From: a virus
Reading direction: 5' to 3' (one strand)
Length of the DNA stretch: 64,000 bases
IMG/VR virus record: IMGVR_UViG_3300002460_000024
Span: 10,835-74,834 of that record
The stretch's first letter is position 1. Every line of letters begins with the position of its first letter. A program made the translations under genes and the position numbers. Shown here one piece after another: positions 38,650 to 48,414 of this stretch. A model generated the notes under the pieces. It saw only the letters and a list, made by a program, of their open reading frames with translations. It searched no databases and was not told the DNA's origin.

Positions 38650-39435
38650 ATGAAATTCGACATTTGTATTCCAGTAAACAATAATCTTGACTGCCTCAGA
38701 GTAGCAATATATGGGTGGGCTACATATATACAAGATAGAAAGTCTATCCGAAAATTTATCCTCCACATTCAAAACCCGAGCGAGGAGCTTGATGCGGTCA
38801 CCATTATAAAAGAATACGGATTTGACGTCGAGGTTGTTTCTTTGGGAACCCCACAAGAAAATATGGTTCATCCTATGAATCGAATGTTTAATGCCTGTCA
38901 AGCTAAATGGGTAGTGATGGCAGAGCAGGATGTTTTTATATGCGACGCGATTGATCGCATAGTTTATGATATGGAAACCCAAGGCTTTATTGCCGCTGGC
39001 CCTATTGATACCTTCTATTACGACAACATTAATGCCCGAAACCAAACCGCCTACGGAAGATACGCAAGGCTATCTGGTGAGCCTGGACATTACCATTCAT
39101 CTTTAGTTATTTTGAACAAAGATTTCGTCCCACCAAATCCTTTCACAATCCCCGAAGGATATACCATGCATGGTGTTGGGCTTTTTGGAGGGGAGCTATA
39201 CCACGGCCTCAGAATAAACATCGATAAAGATAAATCCAAACTGGCCTTTTTTAGACAACAACACGCAGCCTATGGATATGGGGCCGATATACTTTGGGGC
39301 GATTTAAAACTTGCCACTCATTTGTATTACTCCTCCCATCAAAAAGTTTATACCGATCCTGGGGGACACTTAAATCACGATGAAGCGGCGTGGTTGAGAA
39401 ATGAAGAAATTAGATTTTTGAAGGATTATGATTAA
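38650..39435 (+). CDS. GT-A fold (GT2-like) glycosyltransferase
   Basis: FDICIPV..N, WVVMAEQDVF (DxD variant). Confidence 0.65.
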   Translation: MKFDICIPVNNNLDCLRVAIYGWATYIQDRKSIRKFILHIQNPSEELDAVTIIKEYGFDVEVVSLGTPQENMVHPMNRMFNACQAKWVVMAEQDVFICDAIDRIVYDMETQGFIAAGPIDTFYYDNINARNQTAYGRYARLSGEPGHYHSSLVILNKDFVPPNPFTIPEGYTMHGVGLFGGELYHGLRINIDKDKSKLAFFRQQHAAYGYGADILWGDLKLATHLYYSSHQKVYTDPGGHLNHDEAAWLRNEEIRFLKDYD

Positions 39436-39446
39436 TCTCGTCGCCC

Positions 39447-41231
39447 CTACTGTTCTTCCCATTCATTAATATCTGGGGTGACGGCAACTTTAGTTTTCTT
39501 TGATTTGATATTTTCAAAATCATTTACATTCCCCTCGTATTTCTCCTTATAAATATCCAAGGCCTTATTAAAGTCAATTCCCGTAGCTTGGTCTATTTCT
39601 CCATTAACAAAAGAAAGTGGTATAATCGCTGACGGTTCATAAACCTTTTTATTCTTATCATCTAAATAAGAAAGTTCACCGGAAACAAACTTACCACCCG
39701 CAATCATATTTTTTAAACCTATATTCTTTAAAAAAGTTTGTTCTTTTTTAGTAAGAATCATTCCCTGTAAACTTCCTGTTTTTTCAGCCGACCCATAACT
39801 TTTACCAAAATTTAATAAGAATTCATCATAGGCATTATCAATAACTTCTCCATTTGGCCCATATACGGGCTTATCATAAGTCATTTTTGATAGGGTGTTT
39901 TTAAAATCATCAAACGTAAGATCAGCCCTAAAAGTGGGTGCCATAAATGGTTTTATGCCTGCTAAAGAAAACCTTGTGGCTCCCGCTGGAACTCTGTTTT
40001 GAGTATTGTCGTTTGCTTTTAAATAAAATGGAATTTCAACCACCTTATCTAAATTAAGTTGATTTTCTCCCTTACTAACCCCAAAACCATCTACATCCGT
40101 ATCGCCCCAAATCTTATTAGCTGTATCTCTGGTTGAGGTAATTGTTGATGTTAACGGTTTCGCATCCCAATCCGTTTTTGCTGAGTATGATCCAAAATTG
40201 GTTACGCCTCCCGTGGTTTTTTTGCGGGTAGTATTTGTTTCCGACGCCTGTACCCCAAACTTAGATAAATTATCAGCATTCCAGTTTTTTGCGGCGTCAT
40301 CCCCATACTGGTCTATATAATCCTGTTTGGTTTCGTCGTCCAGTTTTTTAAATCTATTATCTGCTGACTTTTTAATCATAGGAGAATCGTCATACCTTTC
40401 CAATTCCGCAGTTTTCGTTCCTATTATAGTTATTTCTTCTCCATCACTTGTTGTTACTGTCGTATCATAAGGGAGGGTATATGTATATTGCTCGTCAATA
40501 TAGGTTCCATCTGAAAGTGTTTTTCCAAAGTGCTGTTTGTTTTTTTCTGCAACCAGTGGTAATACATTTTTTGTATAATCTTCTAACAATGAAGCATCAT
40601 TTAAAATAGGTTCTGAAACATACTCTCTCCCATATTGATTTCTCCACTCTGTTCTGGCAGCGCCAAGGGCTTTTTCTGGATCTTGACCATAAACCGGATC
40701 TTCCAAAAAATGCTCATAAATTGGGGTGAACGTTTCGGCAATATCGGGGTCACTATCTACGTACATATCCGGCTGAGTAAATTTACCAGCATTCTCCATC
40801 ATTGCATCCGTATCAAGATTTTTGGCTCCGTTTTTAATCAAACCCATATAAGGGTCAAGCATTCCCTTATGCTGTTGTAGGGAGGCTTTATGTTGATCGA
40901 ATTCTGTTTTATAACGAAAACCATCCTGCATATCTTGTGTGGTAGGGTTGCCTGTAATCGTTTTAGCCTTCCAATTCATAAACTGATCCTCATATCCATT
41001 CAGATAATTTTGATCTGTTTCTAAAACTTTCCCTGCGGTAATGGATAAACCCTTATATAAATCGTCAAGTTTTTTTTGCTTTGCGTCTGTTTTAGCTTTA
41101 TCCTTTGCGGCTGCCAATGCATTCGAATACTTTGCCAATTGAACCGGATCAAAAGAAGATTGTCCAAACATTACGGCAGCGCCGGTTCCGGCCTGTCTTT
41201 GATATACGGTAGAGGCTCCTGTTGCTGGCAT
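39447..41231 (-). CDS. Putative internal virion (ejection) protein
   Basis: 594 aa, follows the tail genes. Confidence 0.6.
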   Translation of the reverse strand: MPATGASTVYQRQAGTGAAVMFGQSSFDPVQLAKYSNALAAAKDKAKTDAKQKKLDDLYKGLSITAGKVLETDQNYLNGYEDQFMNWKAKTITGNPTTQDMQDGFRYKTEFDQHKASLQQHKGMLDPYMGLIKNGAKNLDTDAMMENAGKFTQPDMYVDSDPDIAETFTPIYEHFLEDPVYGQDPEKALGAARTEWRNQYGREYVSEPILNDASLLEDYTKNVLPLVAEKNKQHFGKTLSDGTYIDEQYTYTLPYDTTVTTSDGEEITIIGTKTAELERYDDSPMIKKSADNRFKKLDDETKQDYIDQYGDDAAKNWNADNLSKFGVQASETNTTRKKTTGGVTNFGSYSAKTDWDAKPLTSTITSTRDTANKIWGDTDVDGFGVSKGENQLNLDKVVEIPFYLKANDNTQNRVPAGATRFSLAGIKPFMAPTFRADLTFDDFKNTLSKMTYDKPVYGPNGEVIDNAYDEFLLNFGKSYGSAEKTGSLQGMILTKKEQTFLKNIGLKNMIAGGKFVSGELSYLDDKNKKVYEPSAIIPLSFVNGEIDQATGIDFNKALDIYKEKYEGNVNDFENIKSKKTKVAVTPDINEWEEQ

Positions 41232-41893
41232 TATCTAAACCTTAGGTATTTAGAATTATCACTCAAACTTTTTAAATACTTTAAAAATTGCGGATTAATC
41301 CCGTCGCCATTCCAATCACCCGTCGCTGGTGGAGCGCCTCCACCACCCGTTGCACCACCTCCGGCACCACCATAAGAGTAATACCCTGCAATATCTCCAA
41401 CGCCCTTCATTACATTGCTTGCTCCTGCTTGAATCAGTGCGCTTGAGGCTGCATTTTCAGAATCTATTACATCATTCTCTCCAGCTTGCTTCATGTTCTG
41501 CTGGCCTGAATACCATTTTTGGGTATTGATTAAATTTTGTTGATTACTTGCGTAATACCTGGCAGCATCCACCGCCAAATTCCTTTTAGCGCCTGCCTCT
41601 GCTCCGTAAATATTTGCCAAGGCCCCTATCCCGGCCCCTCCAGCCCCTAACTTCTCCAAAACCTTTGTGCTGTTGGCTGTTCTTTCTCCTAACTGGGTTT
41701 CGTAAATATCCTGACCCGGAAGCTTCCTTTGACCGGCTAAATTTTTAGCAGCATTAAGGGCGTCAGTAGCAGCACTCGGAATTTCATTTTTTTTCTTTTG
41801 GGCATCACCGGCCTTTACTGCTCCGGCTACCGCTTGGCCTACTCCAACTCCAGCAGCGATTAGTGCTGGTAACATTGCAAGAAATGCTGCCAT
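41231..41893 (-). CDS. Putative ejection/pilot protein
   Basis: Hydrophobic A/G-rich N-terminus and Q/N coiled coil. Confidence 0.6.
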   Translation of the reverse strand: MAAFLAMLPALIAAGVGVGQAVAGAVKAGDAQKKKNEIPSAATDALNAAKNLAGQRKLPGQDIYETQLGERTANSTKVLEKLGAGGAGIGALANIYGAEAGAKRNLAVDAARYYASNQQNLINTQKWYSGQQNMKQAGENDVIDSENAASSALIQAGASNVMKGVGDIAGYYSYGGAGGGATGGGGAPPATGDWNGDGINPQFLKYLKSLSDNSKYLRFR

Positions 41894-41936
41894 AATTAAT
41901 ATATTTGTCCAAAGTTATAAATTATTTTCATACTAT

Positions 41937-42299
41937 ATGGCTGCGTTTTTGGGTTTAATTAAGGATGACGCGATCTATCCTTGTTCTGGTTGTGGTGCCT
42001 GTTGCAAAAGAATCGATAAAGTTGAAGTCTTTTTAAAGTTAGTAAATGATCCTAAAAACGAGCTTTCCTTTCCCTATACGTGGGACGAAACCGGAAGATG
42101 TGAAAAACTTACCGATGATAATAAATGCTCTGTATACGAGGATCGCCCTTTGGTTTGTAATATGGACAGATTAATGACGTTTCTCCACATCCCCAAACAA
42201 GAATTCTACGAAAAAAACATCAAGAATTGTAATTCAATGATGGATCAGGATGGGATAGCTAAAGAATTTAGGATTAAATTGTCTCCTCCGAAGGGGTAA
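41937..42299 (+). CDS. YkgJ-family CxxCxxCC cysteine-cluster protein
   Basis: CSGCGACC...C..L...KCSVYEDRPLVC; plus-strand TATATTTG at 41900. Confidence 0.85.
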   Translation: MAAFLGLIKDDAIYPCSGCGACCKRIDKVEVFLKLVNDPKNELSFPYTWDETGRCEKLTDDNKCSVYEDRPLVCNMDRLMTFLHIPKQEFYEKNIKNCNSMMDQDGIAKEFRIKLSPPKG

Positions 42300-45200
42300 C
42301 ATAAATATTCAGAGCCTTAAAATATACCAAACCAGTCTCGGTATTGGTCATCACAAGCTCTATTGTTTCACCACGTAGCCTACGTCCGTTTAACAACGCA
42401 ATGATTGCTGAATTAGAGTATTTTGGATCATTCTTATCTCTTAAAAACGGAGCATGCCATACCCCTTCTTTAGCAACGAATCGGGCCGCAGGAATGCTTG
42501 ACAGCATACCATTGGGATAGTTGGCGGTAGCCGGAATATTTATCGTAGGTATCTCCCATGCAATGTTCGAATAAACATCAAGATTCTGAAAGACCTTAAT
42601 GGTATTGCGACCAATGTTTGCCACCACCCTAATTTCCTGACCATACTGTACCCCAAAGAAGTTATTTCTAAGTGCATTTGTATAGTGCAAATAAGGCTGT
42701 CCCGCTTTAAACGCAACCATTGATTTTCCTAATGTTTCATACCACTCAGGGACATAAGACATAAAAGACTTCCACCTATTTGTGGGCTCATGAAAAACAA
42801 TGGTTTGTGACAATAACGGCGTCTCCCTCAAATCCTCCACAGTAAAGGTGTATAAAGATGAAAACTCATCCCAACAAGAAATAATACTAAAGTTCTCCTC
42901 GCCAGCAGTTCTAATAGCTTTACAAAGATCCCTAAAGTATTTTGCCATTTTAAACGGGTCCTGGGCATTATCATCATCACCAGATATTGGGAGGGGCTTG
43001 TTACCTGCATCCCTTATCACCACTCCATTTAATAGGTCTAAAAAATATCCGGTTCGTATGGCTTGAGAATCGGAGCCTGGGGATGACGTTCCATAGAACT
43101 CCTCATAAATATTGGGGGCGCTCAAAAACTCATCACTTTGCCCTACATTATCAGACCCCTTATTTACATTCAACATCTCCTTGTCTATATAGAAGGAGGT
43201 TAGTTTATTTTTCTGTCTCACCTTGAGGGTGTCACCCACTTCGCGGATCTTATGAATGTTATTGTACTTCTCAGATAGGTTGACATAGGATACGGCCAAC
43301 ACTGTTGATAACTCATTAATAAGTGTGTTTTCAAACAGTTTTCCAGACCAGCGAATACGAGAAATGTATTGTTTTCTCCCTAGTATTTCTAGGTTCGAGT
43401 TCACTCTTCCATCATTATAGGTTGTAGAGGGATAATCATCTGAAAAATCATCACACTCTATCCACGGGTAAACTGTTTGGTTGGCTCTAAAAAAAATACC
43501 CCAAAAATCAATAAAGGTATTATTCGGCAAATTAGGTACAAATGACCCTCCATTTTGTTTTAAATAAGAATATTGATTATTCTGAAAAAGAGTAAATGGT
43601 AGATAGTTTACTTGCGAAGAAAAATTATTAACACTATCATACATAATAATATTAATGTTATTAAGGTCGGCACCATTAAAAGCAGGAAGATATGTTTCTA
43701 TAAACGATATGTAGGCGCCCGAGGCAACCGTATATATGTCTGATTTTCCATAAAGAGGAGTAAAAATAATATTTTGTAAAAAAATTATTTTATTATCTAA
43801 TACGCTTTTCTTTCTGCGCAAATAACAATCAAACCCATAAACATCAACTATTGCAGGAAGTGAGCCAATTACCTGATCTTGAAAAGGAGCTTTATGGTAT
43901 CTCGCAGCAAGGTTAGGGTTGCCAATTTCAAACTTTTCTCCAATCTCAAAAAATACTTTATTTTCTGTTGTGTCTCTGTTTACGTTATAAATTTCTAGAA
44001 TAAACCAATGCTGAGACCACGCTATTTCATGAGAAAATGGAACATTTTGAAGCGGATCTGTTACCGCAAAAGCGGCAGCATGGGCTACATAATTTTGCAT
44101 ATCTATCGCGTCCTCTGGGCTTATCTTTATGTTTCCAGCTACAAAGTCTTGTATTTTGTAATTAAACCCACATACAGCTTGGGTGTACATTGTACTAATT
44201 GAATCTGTAAAAGGAAGGTTAAAGTCTTGACTCAACATTTCATTATGCGAAAATATACCGGCATTGCTTACAGAATTAAAAAAGCTAAGAAGGCCAACCG
44301 GACCACTACCATCCTCTTGAGATTTTGTTCCAGATATAAGTCTTATGTAATCTCCATCATCTAAACTATAATTTACTTCTGGAGGTAATTTTATATTTCC
44401 TGCAACTACATCAAACTCTTGTGTTGTAACAACAAATTGTTTCTTTTTTATATATCGTAGGTCCTTGGTAATAACGGGTGCCCAATGAGTAGCCCATGAT
44501 GGAGGGGCACTATCTATTGATAACCTCATTTTTAATGGATCACCTAACATACCAGCCATAGGATTAGCTATATCCTGGTCGATAGATGGCGCCAATAATA
44601 AATACTCATCTTTAGTATTAACAACACCAGATCGCCCAGCTCTATCATAATATACAAAGCCATACTGATATAAACCTAACTGTTTGAATGTCGGTATAGG
44701 ATATTGATTATCTACGGATGTTCCCCATGGTATGTTGTTGGGATTTAGTGGACTTATAACATCAGGGCTAGTGGTTCTTATACTAAGGGTTTTGTCGTAA
44801 CGAATATATTCTCCCGTAGCAATAGTGTCTACATTATCATAATCCTCCACAATATCCGCATCTGTTATTCTTCCACCAACAATATCTTGGCATTTTGATA
44901 TTTGAGGTACATAGTCAAACGGACGTAAAAAATCTACAGAGGGTAAATTTTCTTTATATGCTAGACCATTATAAATGAACTCATAAGACGAATTATCTGG
45001 AATGCTTAATTCTGCTTTATTTAACCTACTTATTATAAAATAAGATTGAGCTCCATCCACGTTTTGAATTGCCCCCCTTACCGCAATTTCAATTTCTGTT
45101 ACAATTTCAGAACCGCTTTGTAATGTTACGCCAACGGTATTTTCAAATAACTCAAATGGATTATTGTTCTTGTAAGAATAAATAGGCAAAAGAACTTGTG

Positions 45201-45876
45201 ATAATGTAGCCCACGTAGAAACCTCTTTATCATCAAAAATATATCTATAGGTAACCTGAACCATCTTTCCATATAGATAATTTTCAATTTGTGCAGGGTC
45301 ATATATGTAACGTAATGTTGCGGGTGTATTTGGTTGGTATTTAATTCTATCTAAATCCTCAAAAGTTAATGGTGTATAGCCTCCTGTTCTGGCCTTCTCA
45401 ATATTTATTTTACGCGGGGGATTAAACTGCAATAGGTTATTAATATCGTATTCATAGCTCTCAAACCATCCGTCAGTCCAATATAAAAGGCCATTAATTA
45501 CGTTGGCCCCATAAATCCTCTGATTTTCTTGAAAGTTTAAAAGTGGATCTTCTAAAATAAGTTGATCTACTCCTGTATCTGGAAAGAATCTTCTAATTTG
45601 ATGAAACCCATTTACGTTGTAGTTGAAATAAATTATAGCGTTGTTTTCTATATCCTTACAACTTCCAATACAGAATGTTTTACCTGTAGGCGGTGTGTGT
45701 GAATACAACGTATTGCCCTTTATGTTTTGAATATCCCCAAGTAACCCGTCATCTGTAGAGTCATTAATGCAATTCAATCGATACCTAGAATCACCGGGAG
45801 CCATCAATCTCTGATCGCTATCCTGATCCAGGCCCGTAAACTTGAATTCTATGGTCTGTTGGCGGTTATCCTGCAT
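42274..45876 (-). CDS. Tail stabilisation/nozzle (muzzle) protein
   Basis: GLDQDSD..L..G..R...N, LYWTDG, YQYGFVYYD..GR, W.SF.SY.PE, NNFFGVQY; crAss-like. Confidence 0.75.
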   Translation of the reverse strand: MQDNRQQTIEFKFTGLDQDSDQRLMAPGDSRYRLNCINDSTDDGLLGDIQNIKGNTLYSHTPPTGKTFCIGSCKDIENNAIIYFNYNVNGFHQIRRFFPDTGVDQLILEDPLLNFQENQRIYGANVINGLLYWTDGWFESYEYDINNLLQFNPPRKINIEKARTGGYTPLTFEDLDRIKYQPNTPATLRYIYDPAQIENYLYGKMVQVTYRYIFDDKEVSTWATLSQVLLPIYSYKNNNPFELFENTVGVTLQSGSEIVTEIEIAVRGAIQNVDGAQSYFIISRLNKAELSIPDNSSYEFIYNGLAYKENLPSVDFLRPFDYVPQISKCQDIVGGRITDADIVEDYDNVDTIATGEYIRYDKTLSIRTTSPDVISPLNPNNIPWGTSVDNQYPIPTFKQLGLYQYGFVYYDRAGRSGVVNTKDEYLLLAPSIDQDIANPMAGMLGDPLKMRLSIDSAPPSWATHWAPVITKDLRYIKKKQFVVTTQEFDVVAGNIKLPPEVNYSLDDGDYIRLISGTKSQEDGSGPVGLLSFFNSVSNAGIFSHNEMLSQDFNLPFTDSISTMYTQAVCGFNYKIQDFVAGNIKISPEDAIDMQNYVAHAAAFAVTDPLQNVPFSHEIAWSQHWFILEIYNVNRDTTENKVFFEIGEKFEIGNPNLAARYHKAPFQDQVIGSLPAIVDVYGFDCYLRRKKSVLDNKIIFLQNIIFTPLYGKSDIYTVASGAYISFIETYLPAFNGADLNNINIIMYDSVNNFSSQVNYLPFTLFQNNQYSYLKQNGGSFVPNLPNNTFIDFWGIFFRANQTVYPWIECDDFSDDYPSTTYNDGRVNSNLEILGRKQYISRIRWSGKLFENTLINELSTVLAVSYVNLSEKYNNIHKIREVGDTLKVRQKNKLTSFYIDKEMLNVNKGSDNVGQSDEFLSAPNIYEEFYGTSSPGSDSQAIRTGYFLDLLNGVVIRDAGNKPLPISGDDDNAQDPFKMAKYFRDLCKAIRTAGEENFSIISCWDEFSSLYTFTVEDLRETPLLSQTIVFHEPTNRWKSFMSYVPEWYETLGKSMVAFKAGQPYLHYTNALRNNFFGVQYGQEIRVVANIGRNTIKVFQNLDVYSNIAWEIPTINIPATANYPNGMLSSIPAARFVAKEGVWHAPFLRDKNDPKYSNSAIIALLNGRRLRGETIELVMTNTETGLVYFKALNIYVTPSEETI

Positions 45877-46199
45877 TATAATTTATCCAAAAATTCAAAG
45901 TATTTGCTTTTTAATATAGTTATTTCAGCATCATTAAAGGTAGGTTTCCATCTTGGCTCTGAGCCTATAATATAATTATCTAAATCCAAAGAAACAGACT
46001 CAATAGCATATCTAATAAATGCGATTTTATCAAGATTAATCTTTTGTTCTTCAATTATTAGCCTTTTAGGTTCGCTCTCAAATACAAATTGAAATTCTTT
46101 CTTTATTTGTAGCTTTTTAAGCTCATTGTCTAATTCAAATTGAGAATTATTTACAGGTGCTGTCGTAGTGTCTTTCTTTTTTCTATTAAAAATCTTCAT
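45876..46199 (-). CDS. Hypothetical protein
   Basis: 107-aa ORF. Confidence 0.6.
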   Translation of the reverse strand: MKIFNRKKKDTTTAPVNNSQFELDNELKKLQIKKEFQFVFESEPKRLIIEEQKINLDKIAFIRYAIESVSLDLDNYIIGSEPRWKPTFNDAEITILKSKYFEFLDKL

Positions 46200-46202
46200 A
46201 TT

Positions 46203-46955
46203 TTATCTCTTAGGGCTTTGTTTCCAAGTTCCGTAAAGAATATCTTTGAACTCATCCATTGTAATAGCTTGGTCTAAAGATTCCAATTCATTCTCATCAC
46301 CAAAATAAACAGAGGCCCAATTGGTTTGAGATTGGATTACTCCATACTTCTGAGCTTCCATCATACACCAGCTTAATAAGGCCTCATTCATTTGTTGTCT
46401 TATCATTGTGACGCCATTAATCCTAACACCACTCGTTTTATACTCCACAACAACTGCCGTTCCTTGAGGAAGGCCTGAAACCAACAGCCGATTATTTTGA
46501 CGATCTATATTGTAATAACCCACATTATATCCTCCGGTTAAGTTATAAGGAGTACTTAAATACCCTCCCCATAACACAAACGAAGAACCATATCCAAAGA
46601 GGGTTGGTGTAGCTGCGTTCTCTGCCGTTAATACTGCTGAATCATCGGCCCCACAAGTCTCGTGCGGATATGGCATTATGTTGGAATCTAAGGTCAATGA
46701 ATGAAAAACACCTTGATTATTCACCACTCCAACTTGTACGTAATCAATATAATCGGATGGCAACTCAATAATATTTGTGCTTCCAACTTCCAAATAAGCA
46801 ACATTGGAAGTTCGAAGATTAAAAATATTCATTTTTGTAATTCCCTTTGTAACCATGTGGAACCAGTAATCATAATTGGTTAATGAGTAATCCTGGCCCC
46901 TATATTGGAGGTCCATTACTACTTCGTCGATGGTTAAAAATCCGTTGGTATACAT
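46203..46955 (-). CDS. Putative tail ring/connector protein
   Basis: LPSDYIDYV motif; position. Confidence 0.65.
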   Translation of the reverse strand: MYTNGFLTIDEVVMDLQYRGQDYSLTNYDYWFHMVTKGITKMNIFNLRTSNVAYLEVGSTNIIELPSDYIDYVQVGVVNNQGVFHSLTLDSNIMPYPHETCGADDSAVLTAENAATPTLFGYGSSFVLWGGYLSTPYNLTGGYNVGYYNIDRQNNRLLVSGLPQGTAVVVEYKTSGVRINGVTMIRQQMNEALLSWCMMEAQKYGVIQSQTNWASVYFGDENELESLDQAITMDEFKDILYGTWKQSPKR

Positions 46956-47611
46956 TATACTACAGTATTGTCTTCTGTTTGTTTTGTTGGTGGCATTGGA
47001 ATAAGGTTCTGCTTTACGTAATCATAGATGGTAAATAATCCGTTTTTAGTCATCATAGAGGGCTCGTCCACTTCATCCACATCACTCAATGCATCAAAAG
47101 TAGGGATGAGTCTCATTATCAAATCTTCAATAACCACTATAGGAAACTCAAACCAAACTCTTTTTGTTCCTTCTAATCGATAAGTAAATCTTGTGTTTAT
47201 TTGACTTACGGTTAAAGATGATCTTATTACACTAGCAACACTAGTTACCAGAACACCGGCGCCAGCCTCATTGGTTAGTGGAGTAATTAGCCTTATTCCG
47301 GAATTATCTTTTAAAACAATAATGTCAGCAGGTAAATCACAATAGTATTTTTGTCTCTCAGTGTTATATTGCACCACTACAGGGTTGTCTGTAGAGGGTG
47401 TATATGTGACGCTATAGTTGTCAAGCAAAAATTCATCTTTCTTGGTCATTCCGGTTCTAGACTGCTCAAAAGCAGAAGCAATTAAAGAGTCATATCCCCT
47501 AGCTAATACGTTTCTTACTAACCATCTGGGATAACGGGATTTTTGGTCGGCTGTCATTACGCCGCCAGCAAGCATAGCTTCTGCTGTTTCAAGTATCTCA
47601 ATCTTTTTCAT
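46955..47611 (-). CDS. Putative tail ring/connector protein
   Basis: YYCDLPADI; position. Confidence 0.6.
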   Translation of the reverse strand: MKKIEILETAEAMLAGGVMTADQKSRYPRWLVRNVLARGYDSLIASAFEQSRTGMTKKDEFLLDNYSVTYTPSTDNPVVVQYNTERQKYYCDLPADIIVLKDNSGIRLITPLTNEAGAGVLVTSVASVIRSSLTVSQINTRFTYRLEGTKRVWFEFPIVVIEDLIMRLIPTFDALSDVDEVDEPSMMTKNGLFTIYDYVKQNLIPMPPTKQTEDNTVV

Positions 47612-48414
47612 GCATCCTTGCCCTCCCTTGCAGCAGCCATTCCTTTCATAAATTGGGATCTTAAATTTTCACTCATTAAATCAACTATTGCGTTGGCAAA
47701 ATCTCCCCATAAATATTCTTTTACAATAAGCTCTTGAGATAAAGATGGGAAAGTGCCAGTGATTGCACCAGTTCTATACACGTTAGCAGCCGTGGCCGTA
47801 AAATTTGTATCTGGTGGAATATAAACTTCGGTAGCCGTAGCCACAACTATATAATAATCATAAAAAGGCTGTGGAGGTGTTTTAAGGTACGCAAATCTTG
47901 CGCCCCCTATATCCTTTGGCCTAAACTCAATAACTCCGTTCTGGAAGTTGCAGTAAGGTTCAGCGGCCCCATTTTTATTCCTTGAGTAGTGGGTAAGGTA
48001 TTCGCTAAATTGTTGGTCGGTGCAAACTTCGACTGCAGGCATTTTATCGTCATCACATCCTGGTTGTGCAAAAAATCCATTTAAGGCTGAGTAATGGAAG
48101 TAATCTGTCGGCAGCGTCGCAATGCCATTACTGTTAACACTTAATACACCAGGATCGTCCGGTCCATTTCCTCCCATTACTACCTTTAAAGGTGATAAAT
48201 CATCTGTCATTAATTGCGTCGTCTCAAATGCAAAATTTGGCATTTTTGTACCAGGAAGCCAGTTTGTTGGTATTCCGTATCGCTTATTAAGAAAAGTATA
48301 GAAGAAAAAAGGTAGATCAATATTAAGTTGATCAAGCCCATACACGCCTCCAGATTGCTCCTTGTTTAACCTTGAATAGGCGTGTTGCAATATGGAATCT
48401 AATGTCATTGCCAT
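47608..48414 (-). CDS. Putative tail ring/connector protein
   Basis: LPTDYFHY, YLKTP; position. Confidence 0.65.
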   Translation of the reverse strand: MAMTLDSILQHAYSRLNKEQSGGVYGLDQLNIDLPFFFYTFLNKRYGIPTNWLPGTKMPNFAFETTQLMTDDLSPLKVVMGGNGPDDPGVLSVNSNGIATLPTDYFHYSALNGFFAQPGCDDDKMPAVEVCTDQQFSEYLTHYSRNKNGAAEPYCNFQNGVIEFRPKDIGGARFAYLKTPPQPFYDYYIVVATATEVYIPPDTNFTATAANVYRTGAITGTFPSLSQELIVKEYLWGDFANAIVDLMSENLRSQFMKGMAAAREGKDA

